64,000 bases of DNA from Syntrophales bacterium (GTDB taxonomy: Bacteria; Desulfobacterota; Syntrophia; Syntrophales; UBA2210), in NCBI GenBank assembly GCA_963666365.2, contig CAXXNF010000002.1, positions 2,272,001 through 2,336,000 on the forward strand, written 5' to 3'. The notes beneath the pieces are model-generated. The model was given only the letters and a program-made list of their open reading frames with translations, made no database searches and had not been told where the DNA came from. Shown one piece after another: positions 20,831 to 32,522 of this stretch. Position numbers and translations under genes: made by a program. The first letter of the stretch is position 1, and every line of letters starts with the position of its first letter.

Positions 20831-21202
20831 CTATTTCTTTCTCTTACCGCCAATCGCCCTTCGGGGTCCCTTCCTGGTGCGTGCGTTGGTACAGGTTCGC
20901 TGTCCCCTCACAGGAAGACCCTTTCTGTGTCGTAACCCGCGGTATGTCCCCACGTCCATAAGTCTCTTGATAGACATGGACACTTCTCTTCGCAAATCAC
21001 CTTCGACCTTGTGCTCTTTGTCGATAATGTTCCTGATCGCCGTAATCTGATCGTCAGCAAGATCATCAGTTTTTGTGTCGAAATCAATCCCCGCTTCTCC
21101 AAGAATTTCCTTCGCCTTCGTTTTTCCTATACCGTAAATATACGTAAGTGCGATTTCCATCCGCTTATTTTTCGGTAAATCAACGCCTGCAATTCGTGCC
21201 AC
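20831..21202 (-). CDS. rpsM: 30S ribosomal protein S13
   Basis: 'ARIAGVDLP', '[17 protein letters not shown]'. Confidence 0.99.
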   Translation of the reverse strand: MARIAGVDLPKNKRMEIALTYIYGIGKTKAKEILGEAGIDFDTKTDDLADDQITAIRNIIDKEHKVEGDLRREVSMSIKRLMDVGTYRGLRHRKGLPVRGQRTCTNARTRKGPRRAIGGKRKK

Positions 21203-21219
21203 CCTGCAATTCTCCTTCC

Positions 21220-21333
21220 CTATCCTTGACGCTGTTTATGCTTTGGATTCTCACAAATTACCCTTATGACGCCGCGCCGTTTGATAATCTTGCATTTGTC
21301 ACATATTCTTTTGACTGATGCTCTGACTTTCAC
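21220..21333 (-). CDS. rpmJ: 50S ribosomal protein L36 (not in ORF track)
   Basis: Manual translation from [40 protein letters not shown]. Confidence 0.98.
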   Translation of the reverse strand: MKVRASVKRICDKCKIIKRRGVIRVICENPKHKQRQG

Positions 21334-21361
21334 GTTACGTTCTCCATTTTCTCTTTAACAA

Positions 21362-21580
21362 TTATTTTGACCGGTAGGTAATACGACCTCTCGTCAAATC
21401 GTAAGGCGACAGTTCCACCGTCACCTTGTCTCCCGGCAGTATCTTTATAAAATGCATCCTCATTTTCCCCGAAATATGGGCAAGCACGCGATGGCCATTC
21501 TCAAGCTCCACACGAAACATCGCATTGGGCAGCGGCTCAACCACAGTACCCTCAACCACTATAGATTCTTCTTTTGCCAT
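21362..21580 (-). CDS. infA: Translation initiation factor IF-1
   Basis: '[14 protein letters not shown]', '[10 protein letters not shown]'. Confidence 0.99.
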   Translation of the reverse strand: MAKEESIVVEGTVVEPLPNAMFRVELENGHRVLAHISGKMRMHFIKILPGDKVTVELSPYDLTRGRITYRSK

Positions 21581-21604
21581 ATCGCCTCCGACTCGTTCAC
21601 CCTA

Positions 21605-22372
21605 TCATGGCATTGACGATGCCGGCATTCTACTCAATACATCGGGACCGTTGTCTGTAATTGCAACCGTGTGCTCAAAATGAGCCGACAATTTTCCATC
21701 GGCCGTTATCACAGTCCATCCGTCGGACTTTACCTTGACCTCATAGGCGCCTTCATTGATCATCGGTTCTATCGCAAGCACCATGCCGGGCTTGAGTAAA
21801 ACACCTCTTCCAGGTGATCCATAATTCGGCACGGCCGGGTCTTCATGCAGATTCCTGCCTATTCCGTGCCCTACATAATCTCTTACGACAGAATACCCGG
21901 CTCTCTCGACATAATCCTGCACCGCATGGGATATATCTCCCAGACGTTTCCCCGATCGAGCGTTTTCTATTCCTTTTAAAAGTGCTTCCTTCGTCACTCT
22001 CATGAGCTTTGCCGCGTTTTCGGATATCTGCCCTACGGCTACGGTAATCGCCGCATCTCCGAAATATCCTCTGTAGTTCACGCCGAAATCAAGGCTTGCA
22101 ATATCGCCTTCAACCAACTCCCGGTCCGACGGAAACCCATGCACTACTTCATTATTAATAGACGCGCAGAGCGCATAGGGGAACCCCCCATACCCTTTAA
22201 ACGCGGGCACGCCCCCCCTGGCTTTTGCAGCCTTTTCAGCATGTTGATCGAGCTCGCGCGTGCTGATTCCAGGCCGCACAAGACTTCTCAGTTCTTCCAA
22301 TATCTCCGCTACGATTGCGTTACTCTCCCGCATTATCTCAATTTCTTCCGGAGTTTTTAACACAATCATCAT
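21605..22372 (-). CDS. map: Type I methionine aminopeptidase
   Basis: 'SINNEVVHG', 'GHGIG..LHEDP', 'AIEPM', 'SAHFEHT'. Confidence 0.98.
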   Translation of the reverse strand: MMIVLKTPEEIEIMRESNAIVAEILEELRSLVRPGISTRELDQHAEKAAKARGGVPAFKGYGGFPYALCASINNEVVHGFPSDRELVEGDIASLDFGVNYRGYFGDAAITVAVGQISENAAKLMRVTKEALLKGIENARSGKRLGDISHAVQDYVERAGYSVVRDYVGHGIGRNLHEDPAVPNYGSPGRGVLLKPGMVLAIEPMINEGAYEVKVKSDGWTVITADGKLSAHFEHTVAITDNGPDVLSRMPASSMP

Positions 22373-22401
22373 CAAATACCTTGAATGAACCTCTGAGGCG
22401 G

Positions 22402-23709
22402 CTACCTCCTCCTGCCTATTCGTCCCTTCTTCATAAATCCCTCATACTGCCGTGTCAGCAAATGTGTTTCAATTTGTCCGGCCGTATCGAGTGCCACACC
22501 CACTACAATAAGAAGCGCCGTCCCTCCAAAGTAAAAGGGGACATTCAACTGACTTATCAGAATGCTCGGCAATACGCATACCGCAGACACGTACACGGCG
22601 CCACTGAAGGTAATCCGCGTGAGTATGCGGTCAATGTACTCCGCTGTCTTCTTTCCCGGCCTGATTCCGGGAACATAGCCGCCGTGTTTTTTCATATTAT
22701 CAGCTACGTCCACGGGATTAAAGGTGACTGCCGTGTAAAAATAACAGAAAAACACAATAAACGCCACATAGAGCAGTTCATATATAACCTGCCCCGGCAT
22801 CAGAAAACCGGCAACAGTCTTCATCCAGGGATGAGGAACAAAGTTTGCGATCGTGGCGGGGAACATAATAATCGATGATGCAAAAATCGGAGGTATCACA
22901 CCGGCCGTATTCACCTTCAGCGGCAGATGGGTTGTCTGACCGCCGTACATCTTTCTTCCTACCACCCGCTTTGCATACTGAACGGGAATTCTCCGCTGTC
23001 CGCTTTCCACAAAGACAATCACCCCTACGACCGCCACCATCATCAGAAGGAGTATAATCGCGAAAAATATTCCCATTTCACCTGTCGACACAAGCCGCAG
23101 CGTGTTATACACAGCCGCAGGCCCGCGACAAACAATTCCGGCAAATATTATCAGTGAAATACCGTTTCCGATACCCTTTTCAGTGATGGTCTCACCGAGC
23201 CACATAATAAAGGAGGTTCCCGCAGTCAGCGTAATCACTGTCATAATTCTGAATGCCCATCCGGACGTGATTACCACTGAGAGCCCCGAGGGCCCCGCCA
23301 TGTTTTCCAACCCCACGGCGATGCCAAATCCCTGTATAATACTTAAAAGAACTGTTCCGTATCGCGTATACTGGGTGATTTTTCGTCTGCCCGCATCACC
23401 TTCCTTGGAAAGCTTTTCGAGATGCGGCACGGCGACCGTCAACAGCTGCAGGATAATCGACGCACTGATGTACGGCATGATGCCCAGTGCAAAGACGGAC
23501 AGGGTGCTCAAGGCCCCCCCGGCAAACATATCGAAAAGTCCGAGAAGTGAGCCCTTTGCCTGCTCAAAGAAAGCGGCCAGTGCCTGCGTATCAATCCCGG
23601 GGGTCGGCACATGCGCCCCTACGCGATAGACGGCTAACAGCAAAAAGGTGAAAAGAATCCTTTTCTGCAATTCCGGAATTTTTCCGATATTTTTAAATCC
23701 GCTCAGCAA
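22402..23709 (-). CDS. secY: Preprotein translocase SecY
   Basis: '[14 protein letters not shown]', '[11 protein letters not shown]', 'FYFGGT'. Confidence 0.99.
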   Translation of the reverse strand: MLSGFKNIGKIPELQKRILFTFLLLAVYRVGAHVPTPGIDTQALAAFFEQAKGSLLGLFDMFAGGALSTLSVFALGIMPYISASIILQLLTVAVPHLEKLSKEGDAGRRKITQYTRYGTVLLSIIQGFGIAVGLENMAGPSGLSVVITSGWAFRIMTVITLTAGTSFIMWLGETITEKGIGNGISLIIFAGIVCRGPAAVYNTLRLVSTGEMGIFFAIILLLMMVAVVGVIVFVESGQRRIPVQYAKRVVGRKMYGGQTTHLPLKVNTAGVIPPIFASSIIMFPATIANFVPHPWMKTVAGFLMPGQVIYELLYVAFIVFFCYFYTAVTFNPVDVADNMKKHGGYVPGIRPGKKTAEYIDRILTRITFSGAVYVSAVCVLPSILISQLNVPFYFGGTALLIVVGVALDTAGQIETHLLTRQYEGFMKKGRIGRRR

Positions 23710-23710
23710 T

Positions 23711-24151
23711 TTACACGACCTCTATTGAACCGCCCGATGCCTCGATTTTCTCTCGTGCGCTCTTCGTTATCCCTTGCACCTTCACTGTCAGCGGAATACT
23801 GATCTCTCCTCTGCCAAGGATCTTTACACCGTCACCCCGCCGCTTGATAATGCCTTTTTCAATCAGCGCATCAACGTCGACCACGTCGCCTTGATCAAAT
23901 CGGGCCAGCGTTTCCACATTAACGGCGACTATATCCTTCCGGAAGGGGTTCTTAAATCCCCGTTTCGGCAAACGTCTGGTCAGAGGCATCTGCCCGCCCT
24001 CGAATCCGGGCTTGACCTTTCCGCCTGAACGCGCATTCTGGCCCTTCGCACCCTTGCACGATGTGCCTCCATGACCTGACCCATTGCCGCGGCCTACTCT
24101 TTTTTTCTTCTTTTTGGCGCCGGCAGGGGGCCGTAACTCATTCAGTCTCAT
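23711..24151 (-). CDS. rplO: 50S ribosomal protein L15
   Basis: '[17 protein letters not shown]'. Confidence 0.99.
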   Translation of the reverse strand: MRLNELRPPAGAKKKKKRVGRGNGSGHGGTSCKGAKGQNARSGGKVKPGFEGGQMPLTRRLPKRGFKNPFRKDIVAVNVETLARFDQGDVVDVDALIEKGIIKRRGDGVKILGRGEISIPLTVKVQGITKSAREKIEASGGSIEVV

Positions 24152-24345
24152 TATTCTTCTCCCTCATGCGCTTCCACAGAAACCAAATGGGCAACTTTTC
24201 TGACCATGCCGTTGATCTCCGGGGTATCCTGCAGATAGACCGTCTTATTCATCTTCACCAGTCCCATGCCGCGGAGCACCGCACGTTGCTTCTCCGGTCT
24301 CCCGATAGGACTCTTTACCAGTGTAATTTTAAGCTGCTTCGCCAC
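24151..24345 (-). CDS. rpmD: 50S ribosomal protein L30
   Basis: '[11 protein letters not shown]', '[10 protein letters not shown]'. Confidence 0.98.
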   Translation of the reverse strand: MAKQLKITLVKSPIGRPEKQRAVLRGMGLVKMNKTVYLQDTPEINGMVRKVAHLVSVEAHEGEE

Positions 24346-24365
24346 AATGGACTCCTCGCGTACTT

Positions 24366-24860
24366 TTATATCTCGGCTACTTCTTTGCCTCTCAACAGGG
24401 CAATGTCTTCGGCGCTTCGCAATCCTCGGAGCCCGGCCATTGTCGCTTTCACCAGGTTATGGGGATTGTGCGACCCGAGGCACTTGGTCAAAATATCATG
24501 CACACCGGCCACCTCGAGAACGGCGCGCACCGCACCGCCTGCAATCAGACCCGTTCCCTTTGAAGCAGGTTTGAGCAGCACCCTTCCCGACCCGAAGTGT
24601 CCCAGCACCTCGTGGGGAATCGTTCCACCATTAAGCGCTATTTGGACCATGTTTTTTTTGGCCATTTCCGTCCCCTTGCGAATTGCCTCGGGAACTTCAT
24701 GGGCCTTGCCGAGACCGATTCCCACAGAGCCGTTTCCATCACCTACCACCATCACGGCACTGAATCGGAATCGCCGGCCGCCCTTTACCACTTTGGCCGT
24801 TCTTTTGATTGCAATTACCTTATCAAGAAGTTCGATCTCTTCCATGTCTTCCTTTTCCAC
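24366..24860 (-). CDS. rpsE: 30S ribosomal protein S5
   Basis: '[11 protein letters not shown]', 'GTGLIAGG'. Confidence 0.99.
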   Translation of the reverse strand: MEKEDMEEIELLDKVIAIKRTAKVVKGGRRFRFSAVMVVGDGNGSVGIGLGKAHEVPEAIRKGTEMAKKNMVQIALNGGTIPHEVLGHFGSGRVLLKPASKGTGLIAGGAVRAVLEVAGVHDILTKCLGSHNPHNLVKATMAGLRGLRSAEDIALLRGKEVAEI

Positions 24861-24872
24861 GTCGTTTCAAGT

Positions 24873-25241
24873 TTAAATTTTTAATCCCGCGTCCCGTGCA
24901 CCCTCTGCGACCGCTTTTATGCGCCCGTGGTAGAGGTATCTTCCTCTATCGAACACAGCCTCGTTAATATTCTGCTCCAGAAGCCTTCTGCCTATAAGCC
25001 TGCCGACTTCCGTTGCCGCGTCCACCTTCTTGAGGCCGCTGATGGAATCCTTCAGCTCGCGGCTAAGCGCGGACGCCTCGGCCAGTGTTCTTCCCACATC
25101 ATCGGCTATTGCCTGTACATATATATATCTTGAACTTCTGTAGACGGAAAGACGGGGACGCCGTACCGTTCCGAAAATTTTGCTTCGAACTCGCGTTTGA
25201 CGCCTTTCCCTGACTTTTCTCAGTTTCTTTTCAGAAGACAC
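24873..25241 (-). CDS. rplR: 50S ribosomal protein L18
   Basis: 'RPRLSVYRS', 'VFDRG.YLYHGRI'. Confidence 0.99.
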   Translation of the reverse strand: MSSEKKLRKVRERRQTRVRSKIFGTVRRPRLSVYRSSRYIYVQAIADDVGRTLAEASALSRELKDSISGLKKVDAATEVGRLIGRRLLEQNINEAVFDRGRYLYHGRIKAVAEGARDAGLKI

Positions 25242-25274
25242 CGTTCGTAACTCCTCTAATATCAGTAATAAGTA

Positions 25275-25811
25275 TTAGCCTGCCGACTTGCCGACTTTTC
25301 TGCGCACCGTTTCGCCGGCATACCGTATCCCCTTGCCCTTGTAAGGTTCCGGTTTCTTGAGTCCCCTTATCTCGGCAGCCACTTTGCCAACCAACTCTTT
25401 ATCTATGCCCGATACGGTCATATTGACCTGTCGTTCAATGGTCACATTAATACCGTCGGCAACATGATATTCCACAGGTTTTGAATAGCCAATCAGCAGT
25501 TTGAGAACATTTCCCTCAATTTCACCCCTGTATCCGACCCCCACAATCTCCAGCTTCTTTTCAAATCCCTGGCTTACCCCTGTCATCATGTTCGCTACAA
25601 GGGTCCGCGCCAGCCCGTGAAGCGCCCTCCCTTTGGTATCATCGGATTTCCTTGTCACCACGACAGCACCGCCGTCAATTGCAAGATCAACCTCCTTGGG
25701 AATCGTTCGTTCAAGCGATCCCCTGGGACCTTCCACCCGTATATTGTCCCCATCCTGCGTAATTTTTACATTCTCAGGAATACTTATTGGTTTTCTACCA
25801 ATCCTCGACAT
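25275..25811 (-). CDS. rplF: 50S ribosomal protein L6
   Basis: 'MSRIGRKP', 'PEPYKGKGIRY'. Confidence 0.99.
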   Translation of the reverse strand: MSRIGRKPISIPENVKITQDGDNIRVEGPRGSLERTIPKEVDLAIDGGAVVVTRKSDDTKGRALHGLARTLVANMMTGVSQGFEKKLEIVGVGYRGEIEGNVLKLLIGYSKPVEYHVADGINVTIERQVNMTVSGIDKELVGKVAAEIRGLKKPEPYKGKGIRYAGETVRRKVGKSAG

Positions 25812-25853
25812 GAATCAATCTCCCGACACGCATGTGCGATATGAAGGAATATC

Positions 25854-26258
25854 CTACCACACACTGCAAATGATTTCACCGCCCACGTTCATGGCACGGG
25901 CTTCTTTATCCGTCACGATGCCTTTTGACGTAGAAAGTATCGCAATGCCATATCCGTTCAACACCTGTGGGATATCTGTACATCTTGAATACACCCTCCG
26001 GCTCGGCTTGCTTACTCTCTGTAAATCCTGAATGGCCGTCGCCTTCGAAGGAGAATATTTCAAATAGATCCTCAACACATTGTGCTTTGTGCGATTATCT
26101 TTTTTTACGTCGTATCCGCCGATATAGCCCGATCGCTTCAATACCTTTGCAATTTCCGTATTTACTCTCGACATCCGGACATCAACACTTTTAAATTTGT
26201 TCCGATTTGCATTACGTATTCTTGTAAGCATATCGGCTATTGGATCTGTCATTCCCAT
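25854..26258 (-). CDS. rpsH: 30S ribosomal protein S8
   Basis: 'TDPIADMLTRIRN', 'STSKG', 'GGEI'. Confidence 0.99.
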   Translation of the reverse strand: MGMTDPIADMLTRIRNANRNKFKSVDVRMSRVNTEIAKVLKRSGYIGGYDVKKDNRTKHNVLRIYLKYSPSKATAIQDLQRVSKPSRRVYSRCTDIPQVLNGYGIAILSTSKGIVTDKEARAMNVGGEIICSVW

Positions 26259-26271
26259 GAGTTCACACCTC

Positions 26272-26457
26272 TTACCAGCTTGCCTTGATCACGCCCGGTA
26301 TTTCACCGTTCAGTGCCCGTTTTCTCAAACAGAGCCTGCACATGTCGAACTTACGGTAATATGCGCGCGGTCTACCACAGAGCGGACAGCGATTATATTC
26401 CCGTACGGAAAATTTTTTCTTGCGTTTCGCCTTCACCATCAAGGATTTCTTTGCCAC
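26272..26457 (-). CDS. rpsN: 30S ribosomal protein S14, zinc-binding (type Z)
   Basis: 61 aa, 'RCPLCGR', 'MCRLC', 'IPGVIKASW'. Confidence 0.98.
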   Translation of the reverse strand: MAKKSLMVKAKRKKKFSVREYNRCPLCGRPRAYYRKFDMCRLCLRKRALNGEIPGVIKASW

Positions 26458-26474
26458 ACTCGCTCCTCCAAAAC

Positions 26475-27014
26475 CTAATTTCGAAACGGCACTCCCATAA
26501 GCCTTAATAATTCTCGGGCTTCTTCGTCCGTTTTTGCCGTAGTGACGATTGTTATGTTCAGGCCCAGCACCTTGTCGATCTTGTCATAATCTATCTCAGG
26601 GAATATATAATGCTCCGTCACCCCGGTGGAAAAATTACCTCGTCCATCAAATGATTTCGGTGAAATACCTCTGAAATCCCTGATTCTGGGAATGGCGATA
26701 TTCACAAATCGGTCGAAAAACTCGAACATCCGGTCGCTTCTCAGGGTTACCGAGCAGCCTATGGACATGCCCTTTCGAAGTTTAAAGGTGGCGATCGATT
26801 TTCTCGCCTTTGTAATGACAGGCCTCTGCCCTACGATCTGCGCAAGTTCGGCGACGGCATTATCAAGTATTTTGACATTTTGTATCGCCTCGCCAAGCCC
26901 CATATTCACCACGATCTTTTCTAATTTTGGGACTTCCATCACATTTTTATAACCGAACTTTTCGGTTAACGCAGGAATCACTTCTTTTCTGTAGTATTCT
27001 CTTAATCGCGCCAT
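26475..27014 (-). CDS. rplE: 50S ribosomal protein L5
   Basis: 'KIVVNMGLG', 'PRIRDFRG', 'FDGRGN'. Confidence 0.99.
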   Translation of the reverse strand: MARLREYYRKEVIPALTEKFGYKNVMEVPKLEKIVVNMGLGEAIQNVKILDNAVAELAQIVGQRPVITKARKSIATFKLRKGMSIGCSVTLRSDRMFEFFDRFVNIAIPRIRDFRGISPKSFDGRGNFSTGVTEHYIFPEIDYDKIDKVLGLNITIVTTAKTDEEARELLRLMGVPFRN

Positions 27015-27029
27015 CAAACTGTCCTCAGA

Positions 27030-27341
27030 TTACTCATCCAGTATCTCGTTACACTTTTTACAGATACGGACCTTTTTACCGTCTTCCAAGACTTTGTGTC
27101 CTACTCGAACCGCATCATCGCATTTACTGCAGATGACCATCACGTTCGATACATGGATGGAACCCTCTTTCTCCAGAATTCCCCCTTTGCCCTTCGCATC
27201 CGGTCTCTGGTGCTTCTTGACAAGGTTTACTTTCTCCACTACCACTCGTTCCCTGTCCCGAAGAATCGAAAGCACTTTGCCGGTTTTGCCTTTTTCCTTA
27301 CCGGCTACGACCCTGACCATATCACCTTTTTTTATATACAT
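27030..27341 (-). CDS. rplX: 50S ribosomal protein L24
   Basis: KOW motif 'KKGD.V.V.AGKEKGK.G', 'IHVSNV'. Confidence 0.99.
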   Translation of the reverse strand: MYIKKGDMVRVVAGKEKGKTGKVLSILRDRERVVVEKVNLVKKHQRPDAKGKGGILEKEGSIHVSNVMVICSKCDDAVRVGHKVLEDGKKVRICKKCNEILDE

Positions 27342-27378
27342 GTGCCAATTCCTGCTTTTCGCAATTTTCCGCGTTCTT

Positions 27379-27747
27379 TTAAATGACCTCAGGAGCCAAT
27401 GAGACTATTTTCATAAACTGTTTGGCTCGCAGTTCCCTGGCAACGGGACCGAAGATTCGAGTCCCGATAGGTTCCAGCGAATCGTTGATCAACACGGCAG
27501 CATTATCGTCAAATTTCAGATAGGACCCATCTTCGCGTCCCACTTCTTTCACCGTTCTCACCACCACCGCCTTCAAGACATCGCCCTTCTTCACCTTCGA
27601 GTGGGGGATGGCCTCTTTCACCGCAACAACTATGACATCGCCGATCCGGGCGTAACGCCTCTTTGATCCGCCAAGCACTTTTATGCAGCTTACACGCTTG
27701 GCCCCGGAATTATCCGCCACATTCAACGACGTTTGCATCTGTATCAT
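27379..27747 (-). CDS. rplN: 50S ribosomal protein L14
   Basis: 'VADNSGA', '[12 protein letters not shown]'. Confidence 0.99.
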   Translation of the reverse strand: MIQMQTSLNVADNSGAKRVSCIKVLGGSKRRYARIGDVIVVAVKEAIPHSKVKKGDVLKAVVVRTVKEVGREDGSYLKFDDNAAVLINDSLEPIGTRIFGPVARELRAKQFMKIVSLAPEVI

Positions 27748-27774
27748 GACGACAACCTCACCGCTTGAAACGTT

Positions 27775-28032
27775 CTATTTCGCCTTCTCTAATATTTGGC
27801 GTACGCGCCATCGCTTTTCCTTACTCAACGGCCGCGACTCCGCTATCAGCACACGATCGCCGACTCTACACTCGTTCGTCTCGTCGTGAGCCTTATATTT
27901 CACGTGTCTTCTTATGTACTTGTGAAACTTGGGATATTTAATCAACCGCTCAGTTCGTACGACAACTGTTTTATCCATCTTATCACTGACGACCACACCC
28001 TGGATGGTCTTTCTGATTCCGCGGGTTTCCAT
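27775..28032 (-). CDS. rpsQ: 30S ribosomal protein S17
   Basis: '[11 protein letters not shown]', '[11 protein letters not shown]'. Confidence 0.99.
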   Translation of the reverse strand: METRGIRKTIQGVVVSDKMDKTVVVRTERLIKYPKFHKYIRRHVKYKAHDETNECRVGDRVLIAESRPLSKEKRWRVRQILEKAK

Positions 28033-28033
28033 C

Positions 28034-28228
28034 CTATTCTGCAACCCCCTTCTCCCTGAGAATTGTCTTTACTCGCGCCATATCTCTGCGTATTTCCCTC
28101 ATCGACGCCGGCGAATCGAGCTGACCCGACGTGAACCTGAAACGAAGTTTGAAAAGATCTTCCGCCAGACTTTTCTCCTTTTGTTGCAGTTCTTCTATGC
28201 TCAGTTCTCGTATCTCCTTAACCTTCAT
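28034..28228 (-). CDS. rpmC: 50S ribosomal protein L29
   Basis: 'LFKLRF', '[10 protein letters not shown]'; position in operon. Confidence 0.97.
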   Translation of the reverse strand: MKVKEIRELSIEELQQKEKSLAEDLFKLRFRFTSGQLDSPASMREIRRDMARVKTILREKGVAE

Positions 28229-28646
28229 CGAATATATCCCTCGAAAGAAATTTCGTTTCTATGGGAAGCTTCTGAGCCGCTAATCGAAAGGCCTCGCGAG
28301 CAATCTCCTTGGAGATTCCTTCCATTTCATAAAGAACGGCGCCTTTCTTTACCACGGCCACCCATTCTTCGGGCGAACCCTTCCCCTTTCCCATTCTCGT
28401 TTCAGCAGGCTTTCGCGTTATCGACTTGTGGGGGAACACCCGTATCCAGATCTTTCCGCCACGCCGCACATGCCGCGTAATTGCGATACGAGCGGCCTCT
28501 ATCTGCCGCGCCGTGATTTCACCATTTGAAACGGCCTGAAGTCCGAATTCGCCAAAGCTCACCACATTGCCCTTCTGGGCCTGTCCACGCTTTGAACCCT
28601 TCGCTTTCTGCAACTTCCGGTATTTAACTCTCTTTGGCGCTAACAT
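28218..28646 (-). CDS. rplP: 50S ribosomal protein L16
   Basis: 'ARQIEAAR', 'ETRMGKGKG'. Confidence 0.99.
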   Translation of the reverse strand: MLAPKRVKYRKLQKAKGSKRGQAQKGNVVSFGEFGLQAVSNGEITARQIEAARIAITRHVRRGGKIWIRVFPHKSITRKPAETRMGKGKGSPEEWVAVVKKGAVLYEMEGISKEIAREAFRLAAQKLPIETKFLSRDIFDEG

Positions 28647-28712
28647 ACTATATTACCCTGCCTCATAATCTTCGCAGCAGTCGCCTGCCACATGCTTTAT
28701 TCAGTTATTGCG

Positions 28713-29360
28713 CTATACGGTTACCGCCTGTGCGTCGGCTAAAACCTCACCGTGGAAAATGAGCACCTTGACTCCGATCACACCATAGGTCGTATTCGCT
28801 TCGGCAAACCCGTAATCAATGTCCGCCCGTAATGTGTGGAGCGGCACTCTGCCTTCACGATACCACTCGCGCCGCGCCATCTCAGCGCCGCCAAGACGCC
28901 CGGCGCAGGCCACGCGAATACCCTTCGCTCCGAATTTCAGCGCCGAGGTAACACCCCGTTTCATTGCCCGCCTGAAGGCAACCCTTCGTTCAAGCTGAAG
29001 GGCTATATTCTCGGCTACAAGCTGTGCATCTATTTCCGGTTTACGGACTTCCATTATATTAATTATCGCCTCGCCGGACATAAATGCTTCAAGTTCCTTT
29101 TTGATTTTTTCAATCTCGGAACCTTTTCTTCCGATAATTATACCCGGTCTCGCTGTATGGATATTGATCTTCGCCTTATCCGCCGCCCGCTCTATTTCGA
29201 TTTTCGATATGCCGGCATGATAGAACTTTTTCTTAAGATGCCTGCGAATTTTAATATCCTCGTGAAGCAGCTTGCTGTAGTTCTTTTCCGTAAACCACTG
29301 AGAACTCCACGTTTTGTTCACGCCCAACCTGAAACCAATGGGACTCACCTTCTGGCCCAA
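28713..29360 (-). CDS. rpsC: 30S ribosomal protein S3
   Basis: '[12 protein letters not shown]', '[14 protein letters not shown]'. Confidence 0.99.
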   Translation of the reverse strand: MGQKVSPIGFRLGVNKTWSSQWFTEKNYSKLLHEDIKIRRHLKKKFYHAGISKIEIERAADKAKINIHTARPGIIIGRKGSEIEKIKKELEAFMSGEAIINIMEVRKPEIDAQLVAENIALQLERRVAFRRAMKRGVTSALKFGAKGIRVACAGRLGGAEMARREWYREGRVPLHTLRADIDYGFAEANTTYGVIGVKVLIFHGEVLADAQAVTV

Positions 29361-29380
29361 ACTTTCACCTCCTCAATCCC

Positions 29381-29713
29381 TTACCGCTCGTCTAAAATAA
29401 CCGTAATATGACTTGTTCTTTTTCGAATCGGCGCTACTCTGCCCTGCGCACGCGCCCTCCATCGCTTCAATGTGGGCCCCGGACCTACAAATATCTCTTT
29501 GACATAGAGTATCTTTTCGTCGATGTGAGGATTTTGTGACGCATTTGCCATCGCCGACTTCAGCACCTTTTTGACGATCGGCGCCGCCTTCTTCTCTGTA
29601 AAAGTGAGAATCGTTTCCGCGTCCTCAACCTTTTTGCCCCTCACCAGATCAACGACCAGTTTCACCTTTTGCGGCGATATGCGGATGTACTTCGCTATAG
29701 CTTTCGCTTCCAT
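29381..29713 (-). CDS. rplV: 50S ribosomal protein L22
   Basis: 'RISPQK', 'RAQGR', 'KRTSHIT'. Confidence 0.99.
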   Translation of the reverse strand: MEAKAIAKYIRISPQKVKLVVDLVRGKKVEDAETILTFTEKKAAPIVKKVLKSAMANASQNPHIDEKILYVKEIFVGPGPTLKRWRARAQGRVAPIRKRTSHITVILDER

Positions 29714-29749
29714 CTATTTTTAACTCCAAAAAGCTTTGATCGGCCCTAT

Positions 29750-30034
29750 CTACCGTTTCTTCACTTTCGATTTTCGATCACCTGCGTGGCCGTAAAAAGT
29801 TCTCGTCGGCGAGAATTCACCGAGCTTATGACCCACCATATTCTCCGTGACGTACACGGGAATAAACTTCTTGCCATTATGAACGGCAAAGGTGTGTCCC
29901 ACCAATTCAGGAATTACCGTTGATCGGCGAGACCATGTCTTTATCACCGTTCTGCTCCCCGTTTCTTCAGCCTTTTCTACCTTTTTCAGGAGCTTTTCCT
30001 CAATATACGGACCTTTTTTTATTGAACGCGCCAC
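29750..30034 (-). CDS. rpsS: 30S ribosomal protein S19
   Basis: 'KTWSRRS', 'MVGHKLGEF'. Confidence 0.99.
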   Translation of the reverse strand: MARSIKKGPYIEEKLLKKVEKAEETGSRTVIKTWSRRSTVIPELVGHTFAVHNGKKFIPVYVTENMVGHKLGEFSPTRTFYGHAGDRKSKVKKR

Positions 30035-30038
30035 TCTG

Positions 30039-30860
30039 TTAACCCCTTCTCTTTACTATATATTTGTCAGAGTACTTGTTCTTCCTCGTCTTATACCCCT
30101 TGGTCGGAACACCCCAGGGTGTCGTGGGATGTCTTCCCCCGGAGGACTTTCCTTCTCCTCCCCCCATCGGGTGATCGACAGGGTTCTTGACGACGCCTCT
30201 TACATGGGGGCGTATCCCCAGCCACCGTGAACGACCGGCCTTTCCGATGCTCACATTTTCATGCTCTATGTTTCCGACCTGACCGATCGTCGCCTTGCAC
30301 TCGATGCGCACCTTGCGCACTTCCCCTGAGGGAAGCCGAATCTGGGCATAGGACCCTTCCTTGGCCATGAGCTGTCCGTAGGATCCGGCGCTGCGTATCA
30401 ATTGCCCTCCCTTGCCTATCTTGAGCTCAAGATTGTGAATCAGCGTACCCAGAGGAATGTTTTTAAGCGGTACCGTGTTCCCAGGCTTCATGTCGGCCCT
30501 TTCACTGCTGATGACGGTATCCCCCACCTGAAGACCCACCGGCGCAAGGATATATCTCTTTTCTCCATCAAGATAGTGCAGCAGCGCAATCCTCGACGAA
30601 CGGTTCGGATCGTACTCGATTGACGCAACCTTTGCGGGAATATCCAGTTTTTCTCTTTTGAAATCGACAATCCGGTACATCCGCTTATGACCGCCGCCTT
30701 TGTATCTGTTGGTCATTCGCCCCAGATTGTTTCTTCCCCCCGATTGCTTCAGCGGCGCAAGAAGACTTTTCTCCGGCCTTTTCTCGGTTATCTCATCAAA
30801 TGTCGATCCGGTTTGAAACCTTCGCCCCGGCGATGTCGGTTTATAGGTTTTGATTGCCAT
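30039..30860 (-). CDS. rplB: 50S ribosomal protein L2
   Basis: 'EYDPNRS', '[12 protein letters not shown]'. Confidence 0.99.
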   Translation of the reverse strand: MAIKTYKPTSPGRRFQTGSTFDEITEKRPEKSLLAPLKQSGGRNNLGRMTNRYKGGGHKRMYRIVDFKREKLDIPAKVASIEYDPNRSSRIALLHYLDGEKRYILAPVGLQVGDTVISSERADMKPGNTVPLKNIPLGTLIHNLELKIGKGGQLIRSAGSYGQLMAKEGSYAQIRLPSGEVRKVRIECKATIGQVGNIEHENVSIGKAGRSRWLGIRPHVRGVVKNPVDHPMGGGEGKSSGGRHPTTPWGVPTKGYKTRKNKYSDKYIVKRRG

Positions 30861-30880
30861 CTGCCTTCTACCTTCTCTTC

Positions 30881-31168
30881 TTATACTCCCGCATACATTT
30901 CAATTGCGTTTCCGGGAGCAAGGGTTACGATCGCTTTTTTCCAGTTATTGCGCCTGCCGATAATTCTTCCATGCCGCTTCTTTTTCCCGAGCATGTTCAT
31001 GGTCCGGACATCAACAACTTTTACTTTGAATATTTTTTCAACCGCACCCTGAATTTCGATTTTTGTTGCCCTTTTATCAACCTCAAAGACGTAGCTGTTC
31101 GTTTCTTCTCGTACGATGGTACTTTTCTCAGTGATGACCGGTCGTTTGATAACAGCATATATATCCAT
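30881..31168 (-). CDS. rplW: 50S ribosomal protein L23
   Basis: 'PVITEKS', 'WKKAIVTL'. Confidence 0.99.
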   Translation of the reverse strand: MDIYAVIKRPVITEKSTIVREETNSYVFEVDKRATKIEIQGAVEKIFKVKVVDVRTMNMLGKKKRHGRIIGRRNNWKKAIVTLAPGNAIEMYAGV

Positions 31169-31791
31169 TATGACAGCAATGCCCCCTCTATTGTTTTTAC
31201 GGAAGGCTCAAGAAGCACAAGGGTATCGTATTTTAAAATGTCATAGACGTTTATGCCCTCGGCCCGCATCATTTTCACGTCGGGTATATTTCGCGAAGAT
31301 CTATTCACCGCTTCATTCTCCTTGTCAATCACAAAGAGCGCCTTTGTGAGCGCAAAGCGGTCCATAATCTCCTTGAACTTTTTTGTTTTGATCTCCTCCA
31401 TTGTGAAATCCTTGAGTATCAGCACTCTATTTTCTTTCACCTTCATGCTGAGGGCCGATCTCAATGCCGCCTTTCTCACTTTCTTGGGGACCTTATAGGA
31501 GTAATCACGCGGCTTCGGTCCAAACACAATACCCCCGCCCCTCCAGATGGGCGATCTCGTGGTTCCCGCCCTGGCTCGTCCGGTACCCTTCTGGCGCCAC
31601 GGTTTCTTTCCTCCGCCCCTAACATCAGACCGCCCCTTCGTTGATGCCGTTCCTTGTCGTCGGCGTGCCATCTGCATGGTCACCACTTCATACATTACAT
31701 CTTCATTCACCGGAACTCCGAACACCCGATCGTCCAGCTCAAGCTCGGCAACCTTATTTTTTTCTATATCGTATACTTCCAAAGACGCCAT
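31168..31791 (-). CDS. rplD: 50S ribosomal protein L4
   Basis: '[14 protein letters not shown]'. Confidence 0.99.
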   Translation of the reverse strand: MASLEVYDIEKNKVAELELDDRVFGVPVNEDVMYEVVTMQMARRRQGTASTKGRSDVRGGGKKPWRQKGTGRARAGTTRSPIWRGGGIVFGPKPRDYSYKVPKKVRKAALRSALSMKVKENRVLILKDFTMEEIKTKKFKEIMDRFALTKALFVIDKENEAVNRSSRNIPDVKMMRAEGINVYDILKYDTLVLLEPSVKTIEGALLS

Positions 31792-31808
31792 TTTATTTCT
31801 CCAGATCC

Positions 31809-32438
31809 CTATAATTTGACGGCATCCTTTATCATCACAATACCGTTTACGCTTCCGGGAACCGCTCCTTTAACAAGAATGAGATTCAGTTCAGGACGCA
31901 CACCCACGATGATGAGGTTCTGAACTGAATGGCGCTTATTCCCCATCTGTCCCGGCAGCCTTTTGCCTTTCATCACGTGAGAGGGGTAGGCGCTTGCACC
32001 TATTGAACCCGGCGCCCGGTGGAACATGGAACCGTGCGTGGCGCGGCCGCCTTTGAATCCATGCCTCTTGACGACTCCGGCGAACCCGCGCCCCTTCGTG
32101 ATTCCTACGACATCGACAAAATCTCCCACATTGAAGAGATCGACCTTCAATTCCTGACCGACTTCGTAATTCTCCGGTTCTTCAATCCTGAATTCCTTCA
32201 GCACCTTGAAGTACCCCTTGTCGGCTTTTTTCTGGTGTCCCCGCATGGGCAGATTCGTATTTTTTTCAACGGCTCGTTGAAACCCCAGCTGGACGGCACC
32301 GTACCCATCGTGATCCTCCGTTTTCTTCTGGATCACCACACAGGGCCCCGCCTCGATGGCGGTCACCGGAATTACCGAACCGTCCTCCCAATAAATCTGG
32401 GTCATGCCTAATTTTTTACCTATCAGTCCACGTTCCAT
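31809..32438 (-). CDS. rplC: 50S ribosomal protein L3
   Basis: 'GKKLGMTQ', 'HRAPGSIG', 'KGAVPG'. Confidence 0.99.
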   Translation of the reverse strand: MERGLIGKKLGMTQIYWEDGSVIPVTAIEAGPCVVIQKKTEDHDGYGAVQLGFQRAVEKNTNLPMRGHQKKADKGYFKVLKEFRIEEPENYEVGQELKVDLFNVGDFVDVVGITKGRGFAGVVKRHGFKGGRATHGSMFHRAPGSIGASAYPSHVMKGKRLPGQMGNKRHSVQNLIIVGVRPELNLILVKGAVPGSVNGIVMIKDAVKL

Positions 32439-32472
32439 AGCTGATTCAATTCCCGATACTGTTAAATGTAAC

Positions 32473-32510
32473 AAAAAAGGAGGAGATGCTTCTCAACAAT
32501 CCATCTCCTC
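32473..32510 (-). terminator. Terminator/attenuator-like hairpin between rpsJ and rplC
   Basis: Minus strand: GAGGAGATG-(13 nt)-CATCTCCTC-C-TTTTTT. Confidence 0.5.
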
Positions 32511-32522
32511 GCTCTTGGATGT

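Noticed and set aside
22373..22401. No adk between secY and map
   Set aside because: adk position varies widely among bacteria; not remarkable
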